From Patescibacteria group bacterium (GTDB taxonomy: Bacteria; Patescibacteriota; Minisyncoccia; UBA9983), in the NCBI GenBank assembly GCA_040752125.1, contig JBFMFK010000004.1, forward strand, positions 1-48,781: 48,781 nt of DNA. The letters run 5' to 3'. Positions 37,190-46,660 of this stretch are shown here, piece by piece. The position numbers were made by a program, and so were the translations under genes. The notes beneath the pieces are model-generated. The model had not been told where the DNA came from and did no database searches. It saw only the letters and a program-made list of their open reading frames with translations. Every line of letters begins with the position of its first letter. Positions within the stretch are counted from its first letter, which is position 1.

Positions 37190-37212
37190 TCCTCGACAAC
37201 GGTTGTCGAGGA
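37190..37212. repeat. REP-like palindrome B, upstream copy (TCCTCGACAAC-G-GTTGTCGAGGA)
   Basis: 11-bp arms; 19-nt core repeated at 37939-37957. Confidence 0.92.
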
Positions 37213-37221
37213 GATTATAAT
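37193..37221 (+). promoter_or_regulatory. Sigma70-type promoter of RAYT-2 with -35 inside the palindrome
   Basis: TCGACA (37193-37198), 17-nt spacer, TATAAT (37216-37221), ATG at 37228. Confidence 0.72.
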
Positions 37222-37227
37222 TAAGGT

Positions 37228-37932
37228 ATGCTTCGGAAAGAAAAATTTACAACAAATGAATATTATCATATTTACAATCGAACTCTTTCTAATTCCCCGT
37301 TCTTTAGAGAAAAAAGCAATTGCGAAAGATTAATAAAAGCATTGCTACTTGCAAATTCCACGCAAGCCAGCCAAGCTCTTCAATTTTTAAGGGACAATAA
37401 AAATGCCCCTATTGAAAATGCATTAGAAATTGCAAAAAATGGCAAAAAACTTGTTGACGTTGTTTGCTATGTAATTATGCCTGATCATTACCATTTACTT
37501 CTTAAAGAAAGGCTGGAAGGAGGCATTACTAGTTTTATCCACAGATGCAATATTTCAGTTGCTAAATATATAAACACAAAAATAAACAGGCATGGCCCTT
37601 TTTTTGAAAGTCTTTTTAAATCAAAACACATCACAACAAATGAATACTTACTCCATCTTTCACTCTATATCCACTTAAATCCATTGGATTTTATTTCAGG
37701 AAAACAATGGAGAAGACACAAGATTCAAAACTGGAATAAAATTAGAAATAGACTTATTGCTTATCCTTATTCAAGTCTAAAAAATTTTTTAGAAAAAAAT
37801 TATAACGATAAAATTCTTTCAGGAACAGAAATAATAAAAAAACAATTTAAAAACAAAATGGGATACGAGTCTTTTCTACATGAATGGTCAGAAGAAACTT
37901 TTGATGCAATAAATGAGATAATTATTGATTAA
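37228..37932 (+). mobile_element. REP-associated tyrosine (HUH/Y1, IS200-like) transposase, intact
   Basis: EYYHIYNR, CYVIMPDHYHLLL (HUH), YIHLNP, YPYSS; flanked by identical palindromes. Confidence 0.92.
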
Positions 37933-37938
37933 TTATAA

Positions 37939-37957
37939 CTCGACAACGGTTGTCGAG
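37939..37957. repeat. REP-like palindrome B, downstream copy
   Basis: CTCGACAACGGTTGTCGAG, same orientation as upstream copy. Confidence 0.92.
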
Positions 37958-37996
37958 GTAGAGCAAATAAAGATTTTAAAATAGGGTTTTTTATTC

Positions 37997-38866
37997 TTAA
38001 ATGCATATTTTATTCATACTTCCAAATAATCTTAATTTTTCCTCGACTTTTTTTTGCACTGACTCAATGACTGACGGAAAAATTTTATAAGGTACAACTT
38101 CATCAGGATTGTTAGTTAAAAATTTTCTCAATGCTTCAGTATAGGCTACTCTGATTTCAGTATTCACATGAATGTTGGCAATACCAGCATTGATTGCAGA
38201 TCTGATTTGATTATCAGGAATTCCCGATCCGCCATGCAAAACCATGGAAATATGTTTTGGTAGGATTCTTCTGATCTCTTTTATCTTTTGGATATCAAGC
38301 CCTGGTTCATTAACGCTGATTCCATGAATATTGCCGTAGGCACCGGAAAATCTGTCAATGCCGGTTTTTTCAACAAATTCTGCAGCCTCCTCTGGCTTAG
38401 TCAGGTCTTCTGATTTAATCTCAATAATATCTCTCTGAATTTTTGATTCTCCGCGCAAATATCCAAGCTCACCTTCAATTGAAACATCAGGATTTTTTGA
38501 TTTCACATAATCAACAACTTCTTTGGTTCCTTTTAGATTTTCTCTAAAGGGAGAATTAGAAAGATCAATATGAATAGATTCAAATCCCGCATCAAAGGCC
38601 TCCACGGCAGATTCTATTGAATGAGAATGGTCGGGATTGAGAAAAACAGGAAGATCGTATTCTTCTTTAAATGCTTTTATTAAGGCAACACATTGTTTTA
38701 GGCCGATAAATTTCCTTTCCCTTTCAGAGACGCCGATCATAATCGGTGACTTAAGTTTTTTCGCCGCCTCCATGATCGCCCTTAATTGCTCGAGATTGGA
38801 AATATTAAAATGCCCTATCGCCCAATGCTCTTCCGTGGCTTTTCTCAAAATCTCATCGAGTTTCAT
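37997..38866 (-). CDS. fba: Class II fructose-bisphosphate aldolase family
   Basis: AIGHFN, DH, EGELG, GNIHG, VLHGGSG, VNTE. Confidence 0.92.
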   Translation of the reverse strand: MKLDEILRKATEEHWAIGHFNISNLEQLRAIMEAAKKLKSPIMIGVSERERKFIGLKQCVALIKAFKEEYDLPVFLNPDHSHSIESAVEAFDAGFESIHIDLSNSPFRENLKGTKEVVDYVKSKNPDVSIEGELGYLRGESKIQRDIIEIKSEDLTKPEEAAEFVEKTGIDRFSGAYGNIHGISVNEPGLDIQKIKEIRRILPKHISMVLHGGSGIPDNQIRSAINAGIANIHVNTEIRVAYTEALRKFLTNNPDEVVPYKIFPSVIESVQKKVEEKLRLFGSMNKICI

Positions 38867-39870
38867 TATATTAATCTTGGTTTATAATCTGCTGGCGCGT
38901 TTTTAAGATACTGTAAAAGTTCTTCCTGTTTTAATAAGCCAGCCCGCGCACCCATTTTCTGCACTACTGACATTGAATTGATTGGTCCCCACATCAATGC
39001 TTCTTCCGGGCCTTTGCCTAATGCCAGGGCTACAGTAAATGTAGATGAAAATGCATCTCCGGCACCAGTGCGATTAATCGGTGGTTTTGGATCAGGATAC
39101 ATTGGAAGAAACCAAGCCTTGTTCCCATCAGAGGCATAGGCTCCGGATGGACCATCAGTAACAGCGACAATTTTCGGCCCAAGTCCCTGGAGCATCTGCA
39201 TAAGTTTTTTGGGATCATTTTCAGACACCTCAAGTATTTTTTGCGCTTCTTCTCTGTTGCAAAAAAAAGCATCAGATCTCTCATAAATACTTTTCAATTT
39301 CTCTCTACCAAGTTTCATCTGGAAGGTACCGGGCTGAAAAGCTAACTTGATATTGGGGCGATCCTTGAGATATTTTTCTATTTGCGAATGAAAATCCAAG
39401 GAATTTTCTCCAAGGGATGAGATATAAATCCATCTTGGTTCACCGATGTCAGGCATTTCATAATCAAATTCCTCATGCTTGATGAGGATCGTCCTCTCTG
39501 CACCAAACATCAGAACATAATGATAATTGGTCTTTTTTTCTTTGTTAATCTTTACAAATTCTATTCCAACTTTTTCCTGTCTTAACACATTTAAACACTC
39601 TAGTCCGTAATAATCATCTCCGATATTACTCACAAAGGCTGTCTTCAATCCTAGTCTTGCGGCACTTACAGACGCATTAGCACTATTCCCCACCGCAGGA
39701 ATTATTATTACCTCTTCGTAAGGAATCTTGTCACCGAAACGCATGCAGATTTTTTTATATCCAGAATCGTCGGCCTTCTCAACTGTGGCCTCTTTTAATT
39801 TTATAAAGGCATCGGTAACAATATCACCTATGCCAATAAAATCGTAATTTTTTTTATTGAACAAATCCAT
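38866..39870 (-). CDS. PfkB-family carbohydrate kinase
   Basis: GNSANASV...RLG, NREEA, VTDG, TGAGDAF. Confidence 0.92.
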   Translation of the reverse strand: MDLFNKKNYDFIGIGDIVTDAFIKLKEATVEKADDSGYKKICMRFGDKIPYEEVIIIPAVGNSANASVSAARLGLKTAFVSNIGDDYYGLECLNVLRQEKVGIEFVKINKEKKTNYHYVLMFGAERTILIKHEEFDYEMPDIGEPRWIYISSLGENSLDFHSQIEKYLKDRPNIKLAFQPGTFQMKLGREKLKSIYERSDAFFCNREEAQKILEVSENDPKKLMQMLQGLGPKIVAVTDGPSGAYASDGNKAWFLPMYPDPKPPINRTGAGDAFSSTFTVALALGKGPEEALMWGPINSMSVVQKMGARAGLLKQEELLQYLKNAPADYKPRLI

Positions 39871-40847
39871 TATTTTCTTGCAATTACTTTTTTTACTGCA
39901 TTAATAATATCGTTTGAGCCCATACCAAATTTCTCTATCAACTCATTTGGTTCACCTGATTCACCGAATCTGTCTTGAATTCCTATAAATTCTATTGGCA
40001 CAGGAAAATTTCTTACCACTATTTCTGCCACTGCAGAACCCATGCCGCCGTTAATCTGATGCTCCTCCACCGTGACAAGAGCTTTGGTTTTTTTAGCGAC
40101 ATCAATAATCGTTTTCTCATCCATCGGCTTGACAGTATGATTATTGATCACCATTGTATCAATTCCCTCTTTTGCTAATTTTTCAGCAGCCACAAGAGAA
40201 TTATAAACAAGTGGCCCGCAGGCAATAATGGCAACATCTTTTCCTTCTCTAAAGATTTCTGCCTTGCCGATTAAGAATGATGTATTCTTTGTTGTGATAA
40301 GAGGAGTTTTTTCTCGGCTAAATCTTATATAAACCGGACCTTGATGATGTGCTGCCGCCATAGTCGCTTTTTCAGTTTCAATTGAATCACAAGGAATGAC
40401 CACTGTCATTCTTGGAATCACACGCATAAGAGCAATATCTTCAATTGCCTGATGAGTGGCGCCATCAGGACCAACAGAAACTCCTGAATGAGCGCCGGCA
40501 ATCTTAACATTGGTGTCATTATAACAAATTGTTGTGCGGATTTGCTCCCAATTTCTTCCCGGAGAAAACATCGCGTATGAAGCAATAAAAGGAATTTTAC
40601 CCGCAGCCGCCATTCCTGAGGCAAGTGATGCCATATGCTGTTCCATTATTCCAACTTCCACGAATCTCTCTGGAAATTCTTTTTTAAAATCATCTGTTTT
40701 GGTAGAGATGGTCAGATCAGCGCAAAGAGCAACAATATTTTGATTTTCTTTCCCTGCCATAACCAATCCCCTGCCATAGCCAAATCTTGTTGGTTCCTGC
40801 TTCACATCTTTGTCAAACAATTTTGGATTTAATTTCACTTTATTCAT
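39870..40847 (-). CDS. Transketolase C-terminal subunit
   Basis: EVGIMEQ, GPDGATHQ, GPVYIR, TVEEH. Confidence 0.94.
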   Translation of the reverse strand: MNKVKLNPKLFDKDVKQEPTRFGYGRGLVMAGKENQNIVALCADLTISTKTDDFKKEFPERFVEVGIMEQHMASLASGMAAAGKIPFIASYAMFSPGRNWEQIRTTICYNDTNVKIAGAHSGVSVGPDGATHQAIEDIALMRVIPRMTVVIPCDSIETEKATMAAAHHQGPVYIRFSREKTPLITTKNTSFLIGKAEIFREGKDVAIIACGPLVYNSLVAAEKLAKEGIDTMVINNHTVKPMDEKTIIDVAKKTKALVTVEEHQINGGMGSAVAEIVVRNFPVPIEFIGIQDRFGESGEPNELIEKFGMGSNDIINAVKKVIARK

Positions 40848-41703
40848 GTTCTGATTTTATTTTTCCTCCTAATGTTCTTAATTGCGCCAATGCCTTTTCT
40901 GCCTCTTCTTTGTTCGGAGGTTTGCCGTGCCAAGAAAAATCAAATTCCATAAAATCAACTCCCTTGCCGGGAATGGTATGGGCAATGATACAGACTGGTT
41001 TTTCAAAAATCGCTCTTGTTTCCATTATAGCGTCATAGACATCGCAGAGATTATTACCATCAATTTCTATCACATGCCAATTAAATGACTCAAATTTTTC
41101 TTTTAACGGTTCTAAGGGCATCACATCTTCAGTAAATCCATCAATTTGGATATTATTTCTATCTATGATTACGGTAAGATTGTCCAGTTTATTTTTACCT
41201 GCCCACATCGCCGCCTCCCATGCCTGACCAGCATCAAGTTCGCCATCGCCCATCAGGCAGAAAATTTGATTTTTTTTCTTGTCTAATTTAAAAGCATAAG
41301 CCATTCCATCGGCCTGCGATAAACCAGATCCCAGGGGACCAGAAGAAATTTCAATACCAGGCAGTTTTTCTCTGTGCGGATGACCTTGAAGTCGAGAGCC
41401 GTATTTTCTTAATGTCATTAATTCTTCAACAGGAAAATATCCAGCTCTTGCCATTGCTGCATATTGGATTGGGCAAATGTGGCCATTTGATAAAATGATT
41501 CTGTCTCTATCCAACCATTCAGGATTTTTAGGATTCTGTTTGATAGCATCTGTAAAATACAAAACCGTAAAAACCTCTGCCATGCCTAATGGTCCTGCCG
41601 AATGTCCTGACCCTGCTTCTAAAAGCATAGAAATTACATCCTCTCTCAAGGTGCAGGTTATCTCCTCTAATTTTTTTATCTCTTTGTCACTCAAGTGAGC
41701 CAT
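40840..41703 (-). CDS. Transketolase N-terminal subunit
   Basis: GSGH, DRIILSNGH, LQGHP, GDGE...N ThDP motif, HGK. Confidence 0.94.
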   Translation of the reverse strand: MAHLSDKEIKKLEEITCTLREDVISMLLEAGSGHSAGPLGMAEVFTVLYFTDAIKQNPKNPEWLDRDRIILSNGHICPIQYAAMARAGYFPVEELMTLRKYGSRLQGHPHREKLPGIEISSGPLGSGLSQADGMAYAFKLDKKKNQIFCLMGDGELDAGQAWEAAMWAGKNKLDNLTVIIDRNNIQIDGFTEDVMPLEPLKEKFESFNWHVIEIDGNNLCDVYDAIMETRAIFEKPVCIIAHTIPGKGVDFMEFDFSWHGKPPNKEEAEKALAQLRTLGGKIKSEHE

Positions 41704-42334
41704 ACAAATTTTTTATGTTATCCTTTATATTTGCTTCCATGGAGGAAAATATCGCTGTTGCCGCTACTAAAATATTGGCTCCAGCATCAACAACCCTCTT
41801 GGCATTTTCCTTATTTACCCCTCCATCTACCTCAATGATGCAGAGGCGGCAATGCTCTCTTAAATTTTTTATTTTTTCAAAAGTTTCCTCCTGAATTTTT
41901 TGACCCGGCAGGCCTGGTTTGACGCCCAAGATTTGGAAAATATCTGCTCTGTTTTTAAATGGAGATAATTTGGTCCAAGAGGTTTCAGGCCCTATGGCCA
42001 CGCCAATTTCCTTGCAGGCTTCTCTTAATCGTTTTATCACAAAATCAGGGTCTTTGCATTTCTCAATGTGAAAAATTACCCTTTTGACATTTGGCAAAAG
42101 CCAATCCTCTACACGTCTTTCAATATCATTAATCATCAGATGAACTTCAATATTTAAATTTGTCTTTAAATTCAGAAGGTCAGAGGAATTATGCCAGATA
42201 GTATTTTTCGTCAAGGTTCCGTCAGCAACATCTAATTGGATCCAATCAACCAGCTTTATTGATTCAAGAAGCTTTATTTTCTCTTTGATCTCTTCAAAAT
42301 TATCAGCATTGATTGCAGGAATAATTTTTATCAT
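41687..42334 (-). CDS. rpe: Ribulose-phosphate 3-epimerase
   Basis: LDVADG, EVHLMI, PGLPGQ, EVDGGVN. Confidence 0.9.
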   Translation of the reverse strand: MIKIIPAINADNFEEIKEKIKLLESIKLVDWIQLDVADGTLTKNTIWHNSSDLLNLKTNLNIEVHLMINDIERRVEDWLLPNVKRVIFHIEKCKDPDFVIKRLREACKEIGVAIGPETSWTKLSPFKNRADIFQILGVKPGLPGQKIQEETFEKIKNLREHCRLCIIEVDGGVNKENAKRVVDAGANILVAATAIFSSMEANIKDNIKNLYGSLE

Positions 42335-42795
42335 TGGTCAATTTTTTTGATTCTTCTTTTGTGACGCTCTTTTCCAGAGAATGGCGTTTCCAGCCATAAT
42401 TTTACTGCCTTTTTGGCGTCACCTTCGGAAATAAAACGCGCCCCCACCGACAAAACATTGGCATCATTATGTTCTCTGCTTAAATGAATGATGTCTTTGT
42501 CATAATGATATAAAACAATAGCGCGCACTCCCTTAATTCTGTTGGCAACTATGGCTTCACCTTGACCTGATCCGCCCAAAATAATTCCCCTGCATTGATT
42601 GGGATCACGAGCCACAGCTCTCGCCACTGGAAAAATAAAATCAGGATAATCATCCTGTTCTTCATAGAGAGCATTGCCAAGATCATTTACTTGATATTTA
42701 AGCTCTTTTAAATATTTCCTCAGTTTTTCTTTTAGTTCAAAACCAGCGTGGTCAGAACCAAGATAAATTTTCAATTTTAAACTTTCAATTTTCAT
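42331..42795 (-). CDS. rpiB: Ribose-5-phosphate isomerase B
   Basis: GSDHAG, DYPD, GGSGQG, REHNDAN, RHKRRI. Confidence 0.93.
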   Translation of the reverse strand: MKIESLKLKIYLGSDHAGFELKEKLRKYLKELKYQVNDLGNALYEEQDDYPDFIFPVARAVARDPNQCRGIILGGSGQGEAIVANRIKGVRAIVLYHYDKDIIHLSREHNDANVLSVGARFISEGDAKKAVKLWLETPFSGKERHKRRIKKIDQ

Positions 42796-42813
42796 TGAAT
42801 TTTCTTCGAACAG

Positions 42814-43806
42814 TTAAAGATAATTCTTTAATTGTTCGATGTGTTTAATCAGCATGGCACAATAACCCCATTCATTGTCATACCATGAAAGTATTTTTAC
42901 TAAATCGCCGTCTATAACACGGGTAAATTCAAGATCCACAATTGATCCGAAAGGTTCTCCTAAAATATCAGAGGAAACAATTCCTTTTTCTGCAATTTTT
43001 AAAATCCCCTTCCATTCTTTTGATTGGCTAGCCCTTTTGAAAATTTCATTCACTTCTTCAACAGAGGTCGGCCTTTTACTTACAAAATTAAAATCAATAA
43101 TTGATCCAGACGGCACAGGAACTCTCAACGCTATGCCATCGAATTTGCCTGATATTTCCGGCAAAACCTTTGCTGCTGCTTCAGCTGCGCCAGTGCTGGA
43201 GGGCACAATGTTTATTGCTGCTCCTCTTCCTCTTCTCCAATCTTTGGCATCTGGTTTATCAACTAATCCCTGCGATGAAGTATATCCGTGGATAGTGCTT
43301 AAAATCGCCTTTTTGATACCAATTTCTTTCATCATTATAGAAACAACCGGGATAGTGGCATTGGTCGTGCAGGACGCATTGGAAGTAATTTTGTATTTTG
43401 CAATATCATTCAAATTGATATTTGGCGTAAATGTTAAAACTTTTTCTTGGACGTCTTTTGCGTCTTTAACAGGCGCTGTGATTACTACTCTTTTTGCGCC
43501 AGCATCAAGATGTGGCCTTGCTTTCTCATAAGAAGTGAAAAAACCGCTTGCTTCTACAACAATGTCAATTTTCAAGTCTTTCCATGGCAGCTTAGCGGGT
43601 TCTTTCTCTTGAAAAAATTTAATCCCTTGAAGTGTTGTTTTTGGAATCTGAAACCTTCCATAAACAGAGTCATGCTCAGCAAGATAAATTAGATTATCCC
43701 TGTCAGTCAAATCGTTAATTGCAACCACTTCAATATCATGATAACTGCAGATTTGCCTGAAAAATATTCTACCTATTCGACCAAAACCGTTTATCGCTAT
43801 CTTCAT
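42814..43806 (-). CDS. gap: Type I glyceraldehyde-3-phosphate dehydrogenase
   Basis: INGFGRIGR, SNASCTTN, STGAA, WYDNEWGY. Confidence 0.96.
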   Translation of the reverse strand: MKIAINGFGRIGRIFFRQICSYHDIEVVAINDLTDRDNLIYLAEHDSVYGRFQIPKTTLQGIKFFQEKEPAKLPWKDLKIDIVVEASGFFTSYEKARPHLDAGAKRVVITAPVKDAKDVQEKVLTFTPNINLNDIAKYKITSNASCTTNATIPVVSIMMKEIGIKKAILSTIHGYTSSQGLVDKPDAKDWRRGRGAAINIVPSSTGAAEAAAKVLPEISGKFDGIALRVPVPSGSIIDFNFVSKRPTSVEEVNEIFKRASQSKEWKGILKIAEKGIVSSDILGEPFGSIVDLEFTRVIDGDLVKILSWYDNEWGYCAMLIKHIEQLKNYL

Positions 43807-43854
43807 ATGGTAATCATTATAGTTTAGTTTATATAAAAACCAAAGTGTGGATAT

Positions 43855-45048
43855 TTATATCTGTTCAGGAGAACTTGTCGCTTCAGTTGAACTTGACATA
43901 ATATTTTTTATATCTTCAGCAGTAACATCTTCGCATCTTTTTCCAAAAGTTTTGATTTCATTATTCAGCATCTTCGCACAATAAATTTCATGGGTAATTT
44001 CATCTTCCATTTCTAAATTTTTTGTCTTAACAGTTCTGGTACTAATTTCTTTTGTTAAAATTTGTCTGGAAAAAATGGCGTTAGAATCACTAGTTAAATT
44101 AGTGTTGATTTCATAATATGTTGTCCCGCTTTTAAAAAGAGTTGGTATGACACTGATGCCGTCAATAACTGCGGCTGTGGTATCAAATAGTCCAGCATAA
44201 TTTGATTTCATTTCACCGTATACACGAGGAATTTGATTGGAATAAATAAAATAGCCAAATACCAAGACAAAGGCAACCATTGCAGAGGCAAGCGGAATCA
44301 AAGACCGTGAATAAGGAACTGGAATATTTTCTTCAATATTTTTAATTTCTTCCGGTGATATTTTTGGTTCAATCTTCTTATCTTTCTTATCACCATTATT
44401 TTCAGAAATATAGGTGATGGGGAAAACTTGATTTACGAAATCAGCCTTAGATTTCATCACCGACACTCTTACCGGGATTTCAATTTTTTCTTCTTTTCTT
44501 TCACTTAGACCTAAAATTTCCTTATCCCATTCATCCAACACTGGTGCTCTTTGATTAAAAACAGGAATTTTTTCTTCGATATTCTCTTCTTCTTTTTGTT
44601 CTGATTGTTTATTCAGAAAATATTTAAAAGAGGGGGGGATTTCGTCTGTCTTTTCTTTTACCTCTAGCTTTTCTTTTTCTTGACTCTCTTGATTTTCTGC
44701 TCTTTGTTCTAATTGCTGTTTTTTATCTTCTTTTTTTTCTTCCAGAGCGGAAACTTGCTCAGTTTTTATCTCTGTCTTTTCTTCAGATATTTTTGGCGCT
44801 TCAACTTGTGGGACAGCTGGTGTCTCTTCTTTTTCTGACATCTTTTCCTTCTTATGTATTTTGGGTTTGGTCTTATAAGACATAAGGCTTTCATTTTCAA
44901 CAAACCAATCTCGTCCTAAACGTCTGGCCTTTATTTTATTCCCACGGCAAAGCTGGCCAATATAATCTTTAGCATATCCAGTAATTTCACTAGCTCGTTT
45001 TAACGAGAGGTATTTGCCATCTGGAAAATAAATTTCTTCTTCGCTCAT
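43855..45048 (-). CDS. Membrane protein with N-terminal excisionase-like HTH and charged linker
   Basis: YLSLKRASEITGYAKDYIGQLCR...GRDWFV, E/K-rich linker, one TM; start set at 45048 behind TATAAT. Confidence 0.75.
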   Translation of the reverse strand: MSEEEIYFPDGKYLSLKRASEITGYAKDYIGQLCRGNKIKARRLGRDWFVENESLMSYKTKPKIHKKEKMSEKEETPAVPQVEAPKISEEKTEIKTEQVSALEEKKEDKKQQLEQRAENQESQEKEKLEVKEKTDEIPPSFKYFLNKQSEQKEEENIEEKIPVFNQRAPVLDEWDKEILGLSERKEEKIEIPVRVSVMKSKADFVNQVFPITYISENNGDKKDKKIEPKISPEEIKNIEENIPVPYSRSLIPLASAMVAFVLVFGYFIYSNQIPRVYGEMKSNYAGLFDTTAAVIDGISVIPTLFKSGTTYYEINTNLTSDSNAIFSRQILTKEISTRTVKTKNLEMEDEITHEIYCAKMLNNEIKTFGKRCEDVTAEDIKNIMSSSTEATSSPEQI

Positions 45049-45144
45049 TGAATTTATTATACTCCAAATGGCCTTAAATTTTAGCAAACTTAGAGCGAAA
45101 TTTGTGGAAAACTTGACAGTTTAAGATTTTGAATCTAGTCAGCC

Positions 45145-46617
45145 TTATATTTCAATCTTTTTTTGCTCGTTTATTTTTTTTCTTAAAATATTCTTCAATA
45201 TTTCAGGATCAATGCTTCCTTTGGTTAATTTCATGCCTCGGCCTACCAAGAATTGCAAGGCAGATTCCTTGCCTGCACGATAGTCTTCCAAAACCTTAAG
45301 ATTTTCATTGATTATCTGATCTGCGATCTCGTCTATCAGTGATTGATCGGTTTTTTGCATTAAATTTTTCTCTTCTATAATATCTTTTGGTTTTTTCCCG
45401 GTTTCAATCATTATTTTTAAAACATCTTTTGCAACTCTTGAGGTTATTTTTTTGTTGCCAACAAAAAAGATAAGCTCTGCAAAGTCTTTTGACGTTATCA
45501 ACAAAACATCTTCATCGCTCCAGCCAATTGATTTTTCCTTCATTAAGCTTTGCAGATCAGTTGTCAAATAATTAACTGCCAATTGGATAAAATTTCTGTT
45601 TGATAATTCTGAAACTACTCTTTCAAAATATTCTGAAAATTTCTTGTCTTTAATCAGAATTTCTATCTGTTCCTTCTTTAAAGAAAATTCTTCTTTAAAC
45701 CTTTTTCTTTTTTGTTGGGGTAACTCTGGAATAGTTGACAATTGAAAAATAATAGATGATGGCTGCAATGGTGGAAGATCTGGTTCTGGGAAATATCTGT
45801 AATCATGCGATTCCTCTTTTTCTCTTTGGGAAAATGTTCTTTGTTTATTTTCATCCCATCCCCTCGTTTCTTGAATCACTTTTTTGCCTTCATTTAAACT
45901 TTCTTCTTGTCTTTCAATTTCGTAATTTATCGCCCGCTCCACTGCGCGAAAAGAATTAAGATTTTTTATTTCAACCTTAGTTCCTAATTTTTGAGATCTG
46001 AGACCCACCTTGCCGTCGGGCAGGTTTGAGATTTGAAATTGTGGAAGCAAACTTATGTTTGCTTCCACCCGCATTTGGCCTTTTTCCATATCAGCATCTG
46101 AAATATCTAAATAGCGTAGAATTAATTGCAACTCTTCAGCAAATTTTCTTACTTCTTCACCTGATTTTATATCTGGCTCAGTCACTAATTCCATTAGAGG
46201 CACTCCGGCACGATTAAAATCAACCAAAGAACCATCCTTTGTATGTATTAACTTCCCTGTATCTTCTTCAAGATGAATGCGGGTAATTCTTACTCCATTC
46301 AATTCTCCGCCGAGAACGAGTGGGTATTTATATTGACTTATTTGATAACCCTTGGGTAAATCTGGATAAAAATAATTCTTTCGGTCAAATCTTGAATAAT
46401 CAGCAATCTTGCCATTTAGGGCTCTCCCCAACATTAATACTTTTTTTACTGCCTCTTTATTAATTACAGGCAAAGTGCCGGGATGTCCCATGCAAACTGG
46501 GCAGACATTAATATTAGGGTGTTTTTCATTAGGATCATTCAAAGAATTACAAAACATCTTAGTTTTAGTTTTCAATTCCACATGAATCTCAAGCCCAATT
46601 GTAGGTATATACTTCAT
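45145..46617 (-). CDS. gatB: Asp/Glu-tRNA amidotransferase subunit B
   Basis: IGLEIHVEL, FDRKNYFYPDLPKGYQISQ, NRAGVPLME, YRYFPEPDL. Confidence 0.97.
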   Translation of the reverse strand: MKYIPTIGLEIHVELKTKTKMFCNSLNDPNEKHPNINVCPVCMGHPGTLPVINKEAVKKVLMLGRALNGKIADYSRFDRKNYFYPDLPKGYQISQYKYPLVLGGELNGVRITRIHLEEDTGKLIHTKDGSLVDFNRAGVPLMELVTEPDIKSGEEVRKFAEELQLILRYLDISDADMEKGQMRVEANISLLPQFQISNLPDGKVGLRSQKLGTKVEIKNLNSFRAVERAINYEIERQEESLNEGKKVIQETRGWDENKQRTFSQREKEESHDYRYFPEPDLPPLQPSSIIFQLSTIPELPQQKRKRFKEEFSLKKEQIEILIKDKKFSEYFERVVSELSNRNFIQLAVNYLTTDLQSLMKEKSIGWSDEDVLLITSKDFAELIFFVGNKKITSRVAKDVLKIMIETGKKPKDIIEEKNLMQKTDQSLIDEIADQIINENLKVLEDYRAGKESALQFLVGRGMKLTKGSIDPEILKNILRKKINEQKKIEI

Positions 46618-46660
46618 TAAATAAATAATATCTTTTAACTTTCAACTTTTCATTTATTTT

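Noticed and set aside
39870-41703. Split transketolase as a pseudogene
   Set aside because: Two-subunit transketolases are a known form; both ORFs are intact with overlapping stop/start
42875-43531. 218-aa plus-strand ORF and other antisense ORFs
   Set aside because: Shadow frames of well-supported genes such as gap; no motifs or start signals
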